A stretch of DNA of 64,000 nucleotides from assembly GCA_037447605.1 (NCBI GenBank), contig CM074812.1, forward strand, positions 2,108,001-2,172,000. The letters are read 5' to 3'. This DNA is from Zygnema circumcarinatum SAG 698-1b. Lineage: Eukaryota; Plantae; Zygnematophyceae. Positions 48,084-59,874 of the stretch are shown here, piece after piece (the first letter of the stretch is position 1; every line of letters starts with the position of its first letter). The translations under genes were made by a program, and so were the position numbers. The notes under the pieces are model-generated. The model was not told where the DNA came from. It saw only the letters and a program-made list of their open reading frames with translations, and searched no databases.

Positions 48084-51000
48084 CTAACTACTATACACTA
48101 ACAATCCCCCTCTTTGGGACTTTAGTTTTGCATGGGCCAGCCCAACCAACCTGCCATTCACCAGCAGGGTTTCTCCGCTAACTCCTTTCGTCAGCAGCAT
48201 ATCGGCGGCTTGCTCCTTCGTACCTACGAACTTCACATCGATCAAACCCTCCTCGACCAACTCCCGTACATAATGGTACTGCACTCTGATGTGCTTGGTC
48301 AGCTTAATGAAACACGGGTTTCCCACCAGAGCTGTCCCGATGAAGGAATTGATTATGGTGAACAAGGTAGTAGGAAGGTTGTTCTCTCTTGCATTCATCA
48401 AAATTTCTTGGAACGCCAGCCCTCCTTTCATGACACTTGACAAGCACCCATGTGCACAACCCTTTGTACTTTCGATAGCGCTACGAGGTCCACCCGCAGC
48501 TTGGGAGCTCCAAATGTCCACCTCCCCATATAGGTAAATGAAACCTGAAGTCGAGCGCGATGTATCTACATCACCGCCCCAATCTGAGTCTGTATAGCCA
48601 ATCACCCTGGTTGGCCCCCTCTTGTACCTGATCCCATAATCAAGCGTCCCTCTCACATATCTGAATATCCTCTTCACGGCCTCCCAATGCTCGAGGCCCG
48701 GATTTTCCATGAATCGGCTGGCCGAGCTCACTGCTTTCGCCAGATCCGGACGCGTTCCAATCATCAGGTACATCATACTCCTATTCGCAGACCTGTAAGG
48801 CACTCCGAACATCTTCTGCGCCTCTGCTGCACTCGAAGGTGACATCTCCTTCGACAATCTAGCACCTATCTCCATCGGGCTGGAGCACGTCCTAGAATCT
48901 TCCATGTGGAACCGGGCAAGAACATCCGATGCATACTTCTTCTGACACAAGAATAAGCTGCCATCCTGCCCCCTCTTCAGCTGCATCCCAAGCAGATACT
49001 GCGCCTCCCCCAAATCTGACATCTTGAAATTCGCTTGAAGCAACTCTTTCAAGGAACTGATTCTTTCAAGCGAGAGGCTCACCATTATGAGATCATCAAC
49101 GTAGATCCCGACGGACATGATGTCCGCCCCCTCTCCTTGACGGTACACGGAATGATCTATTTCGAATCGGTCGAAACCATTCCTCCTCAGAAGATCATCT
49201 ATCTTCTCGTACCACACTCTGGGCGCCTGCTTCAAACCATATAGGCTCTTCACTAGTCGACAGACTAGGTGTTCCTTTCCTGGGACCACCTTCCCCTCCG
49301 GCTGCTCCATATAGATCTCTTCCGTTAGATCTCCGTACAGGAATGCCGTCTTGATGTCCAGCTGATGGACATGCATTCCTTCAGCCGCTGCGATGGAAAT
49401 CAAGGCTCTCAAGGAGTTGAACTTTACCACTGGAGCGAAAGTCTCCACGTAGTCAACTCCATACTTCTGGGCGTATCCCTTCGCCACTAGCCGCGCCTTG
49501 TATCTGTCCACGCTTCCGTCTGCCTTCCTCTTGACTTTGAAGACCCATTTGCAGCCAATAGCTCGCCTCCCTTGAGGCAGCTTCTCCAACCTCCACGTGC
49601 CGTTCTCTATCAAGCTGTCCCACTCGCTATCGATCGCCACCCGCCATTTGTCGCCATCGACTCCGTCGTGTGCTTCCTCAAAGGTCTGTGGTTCCGTGAT
49701 CATAAAGCAATGGGCAACTCCCACAAGGTCAGCTGAATCTGAAGGCACTCTTTCATGGATAAGGTTGTTCTCAGGCGAATACCGATCTGGTCGCCTCCTG
49801 TCCCGACTGCTCTTCCGAACCTCCTTCGCGCTTCGTCCTCTCGGATAGAAGTAGAGTCCGGGTACAAAACCTGGAGGCATGTTAGCTAACATAGCCTCTC
49901 TCTCGGCCGCTTCAAGGTCCTCAGACTCTTGCGTGTGCAGCGGCACCGTCTCCACGGAGTTCTCCTCTTCCTCACTCAACTGAGTGTGCACTGGAATCGT
50001 CTCCGTCGAATTCTGCGGCTCCTCCGCATGCGCCTCTTCTGGCGACTCTCCAACATCAACAGGCTTCGCTTGGCGCGGCTCTTTGTTTCAAACTCCCTTC
50101 ACTCTACGTGATGTCTTTGGCATCACCTTTGACATCCGCTCTCACTCGTCTCTCCTCCTCATACGATGCAAAATCCACTTTATTTGGAGGAAAGATGCGA
50201 GAGTCTGCAACACGTTGACAACACTCCCCTCATCCATGTCCCTCGTGCCAGCGGGACTTCCTGGCGGTCGGGGTTCCACCTATGCGATAGGCTGTTGGTG
50301 TTATAGCCGAGAACATAACCCTCCACCGCTCGGGGGTCAAACTTCTTCTTCTGTCGCGCCTTGGGCAGTGCAGCCCAGCATCGCGCGCCAAAGGTCCTCA
50401 GGTGGGAAACTGTGGGCTTCCTCCCACTCCACATCTGCTCAAGGACCTGGTCTTTCAGAACAGAAGACGGACATCTGTTCCTAATGTAAGCAGCCGTAGA
50501 AACTGCTTCTCCCCAAAAGGAAGCCGGAAAGGGGGAATCAATCAACATGGTCCGAGCCATGTCCCCCAATGTCCGATTCACTCGCTTAGCTGCTCCATTG
50601 CTCACGAGGGGAATAGAGGCGAGAATTCATGCATATACGCTGGTTCTTGGGAACCCTCACGAACTCCGCCGATTTGAATTAAGCGCCGTTATTAGAAGCA
50701 TGAAGCCTTGACCTGTCTTGATTCTGTCTCCGCCTGGTCAGCCAATCTCGAAAGGCTCCGAAAGCCTCTGACTTGTTCTTGAGGAGCGTAATCCAAATCT
50801 TCCTCGAGTAATCGTCGAGGAACGTGACGAAGTAACGTGCTCCGCCGTTGGTCGCCGGTGTAACTGGGCCACACAAGTCAGAATGTACCAATTCCAACTT
50901 CTCTCGCGCTCGATAGGACTCGTCTCCACTCCTCACGAATGGTCTCCTGTGCGCCTTGCCCTCCACACACTCCTGGCACAACCCAAGCTCCTTCTCCACT

Positions 51001-52485
51001 ACACCCGGGTCTAGCCCACGGACTAACCCCTTCTCAGCCAACTGCTGCATTCCTCTATGGTGTAAGTGACCAAGTCTGCGATGCCATACATCTACGGCAT
51101 TCTCTGAGATTGCATTGGCATGCTCATAATTCTCCCTCTTGTAATCAAGAAAATACAGCCCTCCTCTCTCATAACCCCTGAACAACTGTCTCCCAGTTTC
51201 TGTATGGATGGCCACGCATGACTTCTCCTCAAACAAAACACTGTAACCTTTCTTACACACTTGGCTAACAGACATGAAATTCTGCTTTAGCCCAGGGGTG
51301 TGAAGAACGTCACCAATTGACAACTTCTCTTGTATGTCTTCTTCATTGATGACCGAGCCGTCTCCGAGTATCATCCTCACGGCTCCACCTCTCGTCACGG
51401 TGACTCCTTCACCGGTTGCTGAATGGACTGAGCGTGTCTTCTCCAAGTTGTCGAGCTTGGAGAACATCGATGTGTCTCCGCACATATGCGTAGAAGCGCC
51501 GGAATCAATCAGCCACGGCCGCTTCGGATCCTCTTCCTGAATCCTTCCCACAAACGCATTCTCAGTATTCTCCGCCAGCATGAGGTTGTTCTCAACTGCT
51601 ACCTTGCAGTCTGAACTCCTGTGGCCTCTCTTCTTGCATTTGAAGCAAGTGCCACTGAACGCCTTCTTCTCCTTCTTGCCGGATGAAGTCGCGTTTCCTC
51701 CCTTCTCTTGGCTGCCTCTGTTCTTGAAGCAATCGCTGGAGTAGTGGCCGGTCTTGCCACACGTGTAACACGTAATTCCCGAGTATTCTCCTCGGGCTGA
51801 CTTCCGGGCGCCTCCTCTTCGATTCGGTCGAGTGTGCAACGCAAGCACTTTCTCCTCAGGGCTGCCGACATCCTGAATGGAGTCCTCCTCCTTTATCCTA
51901 CTCTTGACTTGCTCAAGAGTCATCGTGGTATTAGTCAGGACTGTCCTCAAAGCCGCCACTGCCACATCGAATCTACTGGTCAAACCCCCTAAAAACTGGC
52001 TTATCTTATGGTCTGCCTCTAATGGTTTCCCAAGGGCTATGAACCTCTCCATCAGAGCATCAAACCTGACCATATAAGCTTCTAATTTCTCATCTGAAGT
52101 CATCTTCATCTTGCCTAGCTGCGTGTAAAGACTGACGATCGTCACATTGTCTTTTACATCATACATTTCCTCTAGGCATCTCCACATGGCATGAGAGGTT
52201 TTCAGATCATATAGCATAGAGGACGGACTTCCTCTTACGCTCATTACAATCTGCGTCAGGGCCTTGTTGTCCTTGGCTTTCCATCGTGCGAGCGCCACGT
52301 CGTGCTCCGACTGCTGCTCCGCTGAGGCTCCAACCGGTAACTCCGGCGCCTTGATGCTGCCATCAACATACCCAAGCAACCCCTTGCCAACAAGCAGGGG
52401 AACCAACCTCCATCTCCACGCCTTGTAATCCTGCCCATCAAAGGCCGGAATGCTGAACTTGACGTGGTCCTCTGAGTCTCCATGA
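48084..52485 (-). pseudogene. Copia gag-pol polyprotein, frameshifted
   Basis: Gag with two CCHC knuckles, PR WLIDSGASTHM, IN HRRLGH..CQEC..VHSDLCGP, RT YKARLVAKG/QLDIKTAFL/SLYGLKQAPR/YVDDL, RH GYTDSDWGG. Spread over ORFs 50679-52610, 50180-50605 and 48084-49991. Confidence 0.92.
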
Positions 52486-52661
52486 GCTCTGATACCACTT
52501 GTTGGTGTAGGGACTCCTCCACTGCTGCCGTCCGTTCCTCCATTCGGGTCACCCTCCATCGGAGTTCGCGTTCCACTCGACGATGACATCTTCAAATCCC
52601 TCACATTCACTCATAGCCCATTTTACTCACAGAGTGAATCACAACAATAATNNNNNNNNNN

Positions 52662-55600
52662 TGGATATGGGCGCGAACCAGGGGCGCGACTTCGGCGACC
52701 CCATGGACACGGGCCCCGGGCCTTCGGCCCCACCTCCGGCTCCCCCTTCTTCTTTACGGGGGCCGGAACTTAGCGGCCAGCCGCTGCTAGGGGAGCAGCG
52801 ACAGTCGCATCCGCATGGGGCGGCAGCGCCTCCACCTGAGGCGTCCCGACAGAGGTCGGAAGGGGCTGCCCCCCTCGGCGGGCAGAGCACCCGGACACCC
52901 CCGGTGAGCATGGGGGTGCCCATCCCCGTGGATGGGGATGAAGTCCTCCGACGAGCGGAGGCCAGCGCGGATAAGCGGTTTTCCGCGCTGGAGGAGGCGC
53001 TGGCTCGCATGGCGAGCCAGCAGGACGCGTTCCAGCAGAACGTGGGGCGCCTCCTCGGCGAGATCTTTGAGCAGGGCCGGCAGAACCGTGGGGACCCTCC
53101 CCCTCCAGCCACTGGTAAGCCCACAACCCCTCCTCCTGTAGTCTTGGCAGATACAGTAGGAGAGGCGGCAGCTCCTAGGGGGGGTGATAGAGGAGCTGCA
53201 GCGCCCATAGGTGGACAGGTACCTCCTGCTCGTTCGGCTGCTTCTGGCAGCGGACGTGGGTCCACGGGGCGCTCCCAGCCTCGAGGGGCTGGGGCTCCGC
53301 CCGGCGCCGCTGCTTCCCCTTCAGGAGCAGCCGCGGCCGTTCCTAAGGGGAATGGCAAGAGGAAATTTCCTTCCTCTCACCAGCAGCAGCACCAACGGCC
53401 ACAGCCGCAAAAACTTGCTCCACAGGAGATGGAGGCTTTGCGCGCGGAAAACAAGTGTTTCCGTTGCCGGAAAGTGGGGCATAGGTCTTATGACTGCCCC
53501 TCTTTCAAGAAGGACAGAAAGGGGAAGGGGCCGGCGGAAATCGGCTCCCCACCAGCAGCTTAGGAGTCGCTGCCGGTGGGCCTGTCAGTGGAGGGGGCAG
53601 CACGTTGGCTGCAGTCACTGGGGTAGAATGTTGTATTCCACGGAGACATGACATTCTCAATGTGATTGGGGGAATTTTCGGTGGGAACATGTTATTTGTG
53701 TGTGAGGCACTCCCTGCTGATTATTCATTGCTACCTTCCACGTCTGTGACTCCAACAATGTTTTCGAATGTTGTCTTTGGGAATAAATGGCATGTCATTA
53801 TCATGAATGCCATGGGCACTGATGCCTTAGTGCAGTGTGCATTTGATGCCCTGCGCTTGCTGCGGTCGGAGGACCATGTGCTCAGCCTGCGGGTCTTGCT
53901 CCCACAACATGTGGCAGTGAGGGCTTATCCACAGACTGATTGGAAAGTGGTAAAACTATGGAAGAAGGGCTTTCCCCTTCTTAAGTGGATAACTGGAGAT
54001 CCCACCAGTGCGCTGGTGAAGTCTCCTCATTCCCTTGTGTGGCGGATTGCGCGTCCCCACGCACCAAATGTGCTACGGTCCATTTTCCACTTGGCCCATC
54101 GGGCGATGACCTTTCAAGGGTCAGCCGACGGGCACTCAGCAGTGGTACTGCTGGACACTGGCGCGGACGCTAACTTTGTTAGTAAAGCGAGCCAACGGTA
54201 GATACTGAAGTAACGGTCCAAAAGGACCGCCCGCTGGGGATCGGCAGGGTTTGCGGCCCGTACCCCTCATCTTCCGGAGCAGTGTAACTTTCGACGATCG
54301 CCAGATTTCTGCTAGTCAGCTGGGCCAAATTGAAGATTCACCATACTCGGGGTGGCTTCAATCGCTTGCCGACGCCATAGCCCCAGAAATGTACTGCACC
54401 TCGAAGAAATGGTCGACGATACGGGTGCCCAACCGGATTTTGTTGTCCCTAATCATGGGTCCTCCGGGCAGCGTTGAAGGTAGACGATAACGCCGCGAAC
54501 TGCTAGGCCCCTTCCCGACCGCCTCTTCGCTAGCCGCCTTTGTCGTTTCGGTGTCACATGCAAATTGGCAAGGCCCTGAAAACGAATAGCATCTTATTTA
54601 TGGTGCAAGTCATGACGGCAACCGAGGATGCTCATGACGAGGATCAAGAGTGGCAACCCACTGCGGGTGAGGGCATGCCCACTGTTCCAGCTATGTTTCA
54701 ACCTTTGTTGAAGGCGTTTGAGGATGTGTTCCCAGACGATCTGCCAAGGGGTTTGCCTCCAGCCCGCGGGGTAGGACATACCATACCCCTTGAGCCAGAA
54801 CAGAAACCTCCTTGGAGGCCTATCTATAGGCTCACCAAAGGAGACCGAGGAGATGTGAAAGCGTACCGCCAATCAAGGTGATAAGGGTCGGATTGAACCT
54901 GCGCGAAAGCCCCTTCAGCCCCGTTCCTTTCGTTGGAAAGAAGGATGGTCTTTGGCGCACGTACCGATTATCAGCACCATCAAGATCACTGCGAAAGAAC
55001 AAAGTTTGCTTTATCACAGACAGATGATCTTCCGGATCGCTCGCGGCGGCTTAAGGTGTTCACCTCGCTGACCTTGCGCTAGGGGAAAAATTTACATCGA
55101 TCTGCAAGTCAATGGATGCCGATGTTCCTAAGACGGGTATTTCTGGACGCCGATTGGCTTCCAGCATAAGGTGCTACTCTTTGACCCACTTAACGCTCCG
55201 CTTACGCTCTCCAAGCCGTGATGAACGATGTTCATCGGTATGGATGAGTTCGCCCCGGCTCACTCGATGATATCCGTATTCAAAGAAGACGGACACCGAA
55301 AGCAATCTTAAGTATGCGCAAGAAAAGTGTTCGAGGTGTTGCGTAAAACACACGCTTTATGCCGCTTAAAGAAGTGTAATCATGCAACGTGAGTTGTTGT
55401 ACCCGGGTATATCTTGAATGATCAGGCCTTAAACCCGATCCAGCCCAGCGTGTCTCGCCAGAAAGACTCATTGCACTCAAATTGACTTTCATCAGCTTGC
55501 GGCCTTTTCTGGATTTATGAATTACTTCCAAAAATTATCCAAGGCTTCAAAGAATTGCAGGACACCGCTACTTCAATTTGACACGCTCCGGTGTCGCTTA

Positions 55601-58559
55601 TGCATGGACGTAATGCCAAAGCGCCTTTCATGGTGCTGTACATGCGGCCAGGATAAAGACCTACGCCGAGGCTACCGTTGATTCCACGTTACCATACGAG
55701 GTGGTATGTGACGCCTCTGGGTTCGCTTTGGGTGCGGTCTTGTTCCAAGACGACCAACCACTTGCTTACGAAAGTCGCAAGATGAACCCACCGAAAGCGA
55801 ACTATTCGCCATGCAGCAAGAGCTCTTGGTCGGGTGGGTTCACGCCTCGGTGACACGTAAGTGCGTCGCTATTTGAGGGGGCGTATAGCCACGCTCGTCA
55901 CCACCTCACCGACCACCGACGCCTTCCACTCAAACTTTTCGAGGCGGCGGTGCATCGGTTCCAGTCCTCCAACGGCCGATCGCAAGTGGGTATACAAAGC
56001 CCGAGGTCAATGTAGCGACCCACTTAGCGTGCAACCCATTCATCTAGCTCGGATGACGCGGCCGTTTAATTAGAAAGGTTGGTGGTACGAGAGATGGTGG
56101 AGACGGCGGGCCGCCAACCCGCAAAGGTTTACATCTCCAAAGATGCTTTGTCATAAATCCCTCCACCAGTGACGCAGTCAACCCTCCTGCTCTCTCTGAT
56201 TTCAGACAGATGATTCAGGAGGGGTACACTGGTGATCCTTTGTTCCTGGGCGGCCAAGGCAATGGCTATAAGAACAAGCTCGTGCTCAAGGACGGTTTTT
56301 GGTACCACGACAAGCAGTTAGTCGTACCCAAGGCTGGATCTGTACGGCAGCTCATATTGAGTGTAGACATCCTCCTCCTGCATAGAGGCCATATGGGCGC
56401 TACAAAACCCGCTAAGCATCAGCCCGGAGAATTCCGTGGCCCTGACTACAGCTGACGCTGAGGTATGCATGTACTCGCATGCCCAACTTGAAAGTCATTG
56501 ATAAGCCTCGCGACGGACCTCGTGGCCTGCTTACATAAACGCCTCCTTACGGTGAAGGAGAGTGTGGTACGACTTAATCACAGATTTACCTCAGACCGCC
56601 GGGTTTTGACTCATCCTCGTATTGTTTTAATCGCCTCGAAAGCAAAAGATGGGTGCATTTCGCAGCCCACGCTAAGACAAATGAGTCGACTTTAGATAAA
56701 GACGGGCTATAGCGTTGACAAGGTCCGGAGTCAACATGGACTTCAATCCAGATCATCTCAGATCGCGGATACCTCGATCTACCGCCATTGTTAAATCCTC
56801 CGGATTATCTGACTAAGCAAAGTTATGAGTACGTTCTCCACCCTCGCATGATGGCCAAACCGAGCCGGTGAACCTGATTCGAAGACTATTTGAGGTATTA
56901 TGTGGGACCCATCCCGATGGATAAGGAACGCCTCCCGTAATGAAGATGCCATTAACAATGCACCTGTGAATCAATCTAAGTATTCACCTCCTTTCTTTTC
57001 TTGAACTTTGGTCAAGATCCTAAATCCTCTCAAGTGTACCAAGAGATCGCCAGCCGCATGTGTGAACATGGATGTTCGGCTGTGCCCTGCATCCGGGGCA
57101 ATGAGAGAGCCGCTGAGTCAACCTCCCCGCCGTTAAGGTTTCACTCGAAAAATGTCCAGGCGTTACTACAGAGGGCCAAAGTGCACCTCCTCGTTAGCGC
57201 CCCGCCGCGTAAAGCCTATGTCGATCAAGCCGCCGTACAGATTAACCTTCGGCCAGGGCGCATCGTGCACGGGCCGAGCACGCCGAATCCCAGCTCAAGG
57301 CTTACGGCGGAACCCGTAGGGGTTGTGGCCTCGCTTCATGGGACCTTTTTCGGGTCGTGGAAGCTTTAATCGGTGAAGTCGCCATCGGGTTACGCTACTC
57401 TACCTACAAGGCGAAGGTGCATCCTGCCTTCGGCGTGGGTCTTCTAAGGCATACTGCACATGGAGAGTTCAAACTACCCTCCAAAGGGAAGTCAAGGTGA
57501 TCTCAGTATGAGGTTGAAGCCATTCGCATTACCACAGACATGGAGTGCAGGTCAGATTCTCGCCACCTAATATCTCGTGGCTAAAACGGTTGGCCATTGG
57601 CCAACATAAAGACGTTGAACGGGGAGCAACTGGACACAAATTGCAAGGAGCTCGAGATTGTACTGAGCGCTAGTAAACCGCCGGTGAGCGGGCTTAGGGC
57701 GCTAGGTTCCTCAACCGGCCCACGCTTACTCGAAAGCGGACTTGACCGATTAACGCCGAAGCCTCTCTTCCCGCGCAGACACCCCGTATTAAAGGCGAAA
57801 GTGCTCTAAAATCGCGGCCGCCAAGGTTATTTTTCCCCGCTGAACGGTAGGCGTTCACACTCGTAGGGGAGCACGAAATGCGAACGCCATACGGGGCCGA
57901 CCCCCGAGGTGCAACAGTGATACTATGGTTACCCCTTCACCTCAGCGTCTAGCCGATAGGCTAAGACGCTGCCGAGACCACAAGAGGTCTTGGGCTCGAT
58001 CCTTGCCGCGGGCAAGGGATCTCTTTTTGGATCGTACCGGTCGTCCGTACAGATGGTACGGCCGCACCGACATACGGATCCCGCGGCCAGAGATCTGGCC
58101 GCGCACCGCCGCACGTCGGCGCGCTGCACGACGGCGCGACCGGCAAGATGCGGCGGCATCTTTTGCAAAAGTTAATCGCGGCCCCGGTGATCAGACGGAC
58201 GGGATGACAAATCGGACTGCCGAGATTTAGCCGCTGGGCCAGCACGACGTAGCGCCGGGCCAAGGCCGCTGACGCTGCCCCGCGGAGATGCGGGCGGAGT
58301 ATTCTCACGGGAAGCTTGTCCCCAGCCATAACTCGGCAGGATCTCGCCACGCTGGGCAGCCTCGACAAGGGCCCCGCCTCCCGGTCCCATGCCGGGTAGG
58401 GGTTCAACTGGGAGCTTTATGGGATCAAGTACGGGATGGAGACCATCCGAGCTCTTGTACCAAAGCATTGAGCTCAGTTTCCTCCTCGACTCCTCTCTCC
58501 TTCTCTCTCTTTGACACTTAGACTTTCAGAGCAGCCTGCCGGGGGGGCAGGTTGTTACA
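52662..58559 (+). mobile_element. Ty3/Gypsy (chromovirus-like) retrotransposon, heavily frameshifted, 5' end lost in an N gap
   Basis: Gag with CFRCRKVGHRSYDC (52667-53563), PR LLDTGADANFVS (~54150), RT-start motif FEDVFPDDLPRGLPP.R.VGHTIPLEP (~54720), RH VVCDASGFALGAVLFQ (~55700), integrase remnants and chromodomain-like YEVEAI (~57507). Ends ...tgttaca where the Copia LTR resumes. Confidence 0.85.
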
Positions 58560-59831
58560 TTACCCCACATAACAAAAGCTAATCCTTAAGTACTATGTCA
58601 CTACACACGTGACAACAACATGCTACGGAGCTAACAACATCGACTAGCGGCTCCCGCAGTGGCCCTATATCCCGGATCCTAATCTTTGCGCCACGGATCC
58701 TCGACTCACACGGGATTCAAATTTCGCCTGTCGGATCCCATCAAATTCTCCGCTCAATCCATCGCTCACAGTAGGATCCGACCCCGCCTCCAAGATAGAT
58801 GACGGCTAATCCTCAAGGCTGCCCCTTGCCCAGACCGGCTACAATTCGACGCAGCCCGCATAGCTCTGAATTGGCCGATAATTTGATCGCCAGATCGCCA
58901 AGTCCGGACCGCCAATCAGTACGACGCTCAGCCAGACCGCTGGATTCGCTAGCTAAGGCCACATCACATCTTCACTTCCGCTTCCTACGGGTCAGCTGGT
59001 CCGCCACGCCACTTTCGATTCGCTGTCGCCATACTGGCCACTTCTCGACCGCCGCTTTCAGCCCCAATCGACCAAGTCCGTGACCGCCACGGGTTCAGCG
59101 CATTATCGGGCCGCCAAGGGCCACACACACAACACACGCACACAAAACTAATGTCCCAACAACAACTTGTCTAGTGACTAACTACTATACAGTAACACTT
59201 ACATCCGCGGTTGCCTTTTAATGGTAAAGCACTTAGGTGGATACCGGGAGGTCCTGAGTTCAAACCTTGCTGGAGGCGGGTTTGTTACAGGAATATTCCG
59301 TTTACACCAGCTGGGATAGTGCAGGTGTTCGGATTTCTTTTGGGCTGTAGTTGGCTCTTTTACATCATCGGCGGGCTCTACATCAATAATCTGAAGCGTC
59401 TTTCTTCTTCCGAATGGAAGACTCCTATCTTTTAGGGGATCAACAGCATTGCGTTTGAAATAGTCACCCAGCTTCCCATGACTTTCTTTTTTATTTTCCT
59501 GACACTAATAATCTGGTCATCTAGATCAATCCATGGCCATTGCGCTGGTGCCACATGCTTAGCCTACTCATCCGTACACGCCTGTACTGGACTCTTTATG
59601 TTGATCCCAGCAGTCCTTTATTGGAACAATTTCCGCTTTTTCTTTAAATCAGTTCGTGGTAAGGCGCCCGTTAGTGGTGCCAGGGTATAGCTCCGAGTGA
59701 AGTGACTCGGAGCGCTGTGAGGGAAAAGTGAAGAGAAGGCGACGCTGAGGGACTTCGCGAACAGACAGAGGGGTCGTGGCGGGCAGCGGTGCAGCAAGAG
59801 GGGAGCGAGAGGGAGGGAGGGGAGTGTGTGA

Positions 59832-59849
<18 letters not shown>

Positions 59850-59874
<25 letters not shown>

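Larger units (their letters stand above)
47087..59197 (-). mobile_element. Ty1/Copia LTR retrotransposon (~1-kb LTRs); 5' LTR split by a Gypsy element
   Basis: LTRs at 47087-48103 and 52500-52651 plus 58560-59197, both ending ...ctagtgactaactactatacaStaaca. Minus-strand PBS tggtatcagagc 52486-52497 and minus-strand PPT at 48104-48115. Domain order is gag-PR-IN-RT-RH. Confidence 0.92.
46734..59289 (+). mobile_element. TRIM (miniature LTR retrotransposon) with tRNA-like LTRs; 3' LTR split by a Copia insertion
   Basis: 5' LTR 46734-46862 (TG..CA, 129 bp), PBS tggtatcagagc 46864-46875, ~180-bp non-coding interior, PPT agtggggaggaa, 3' LTR at about 47045-47080 plus 59198-59289. TSD GGAAT at 46729-46733 and 59290-59294. 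Confidence 0.88.
45555..59690 (+). pseudogene. Intronless Copia-Gag/multi-pass membrane fusion ORF, interrupted by nested LTR elements
   Basis: Joining 45555-46733 to 59295-59690 restores one frame (…ALGRN|IPFTP…) of about 524 codons. It has a Gag-like N-terminus (KFDGTNWLDWK...LWSIVNG...LLSGLPES) and about 7-8 hydrophobic segments. In-frame TAGs lie at 45891 and 59433. Confidence 0.8.
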
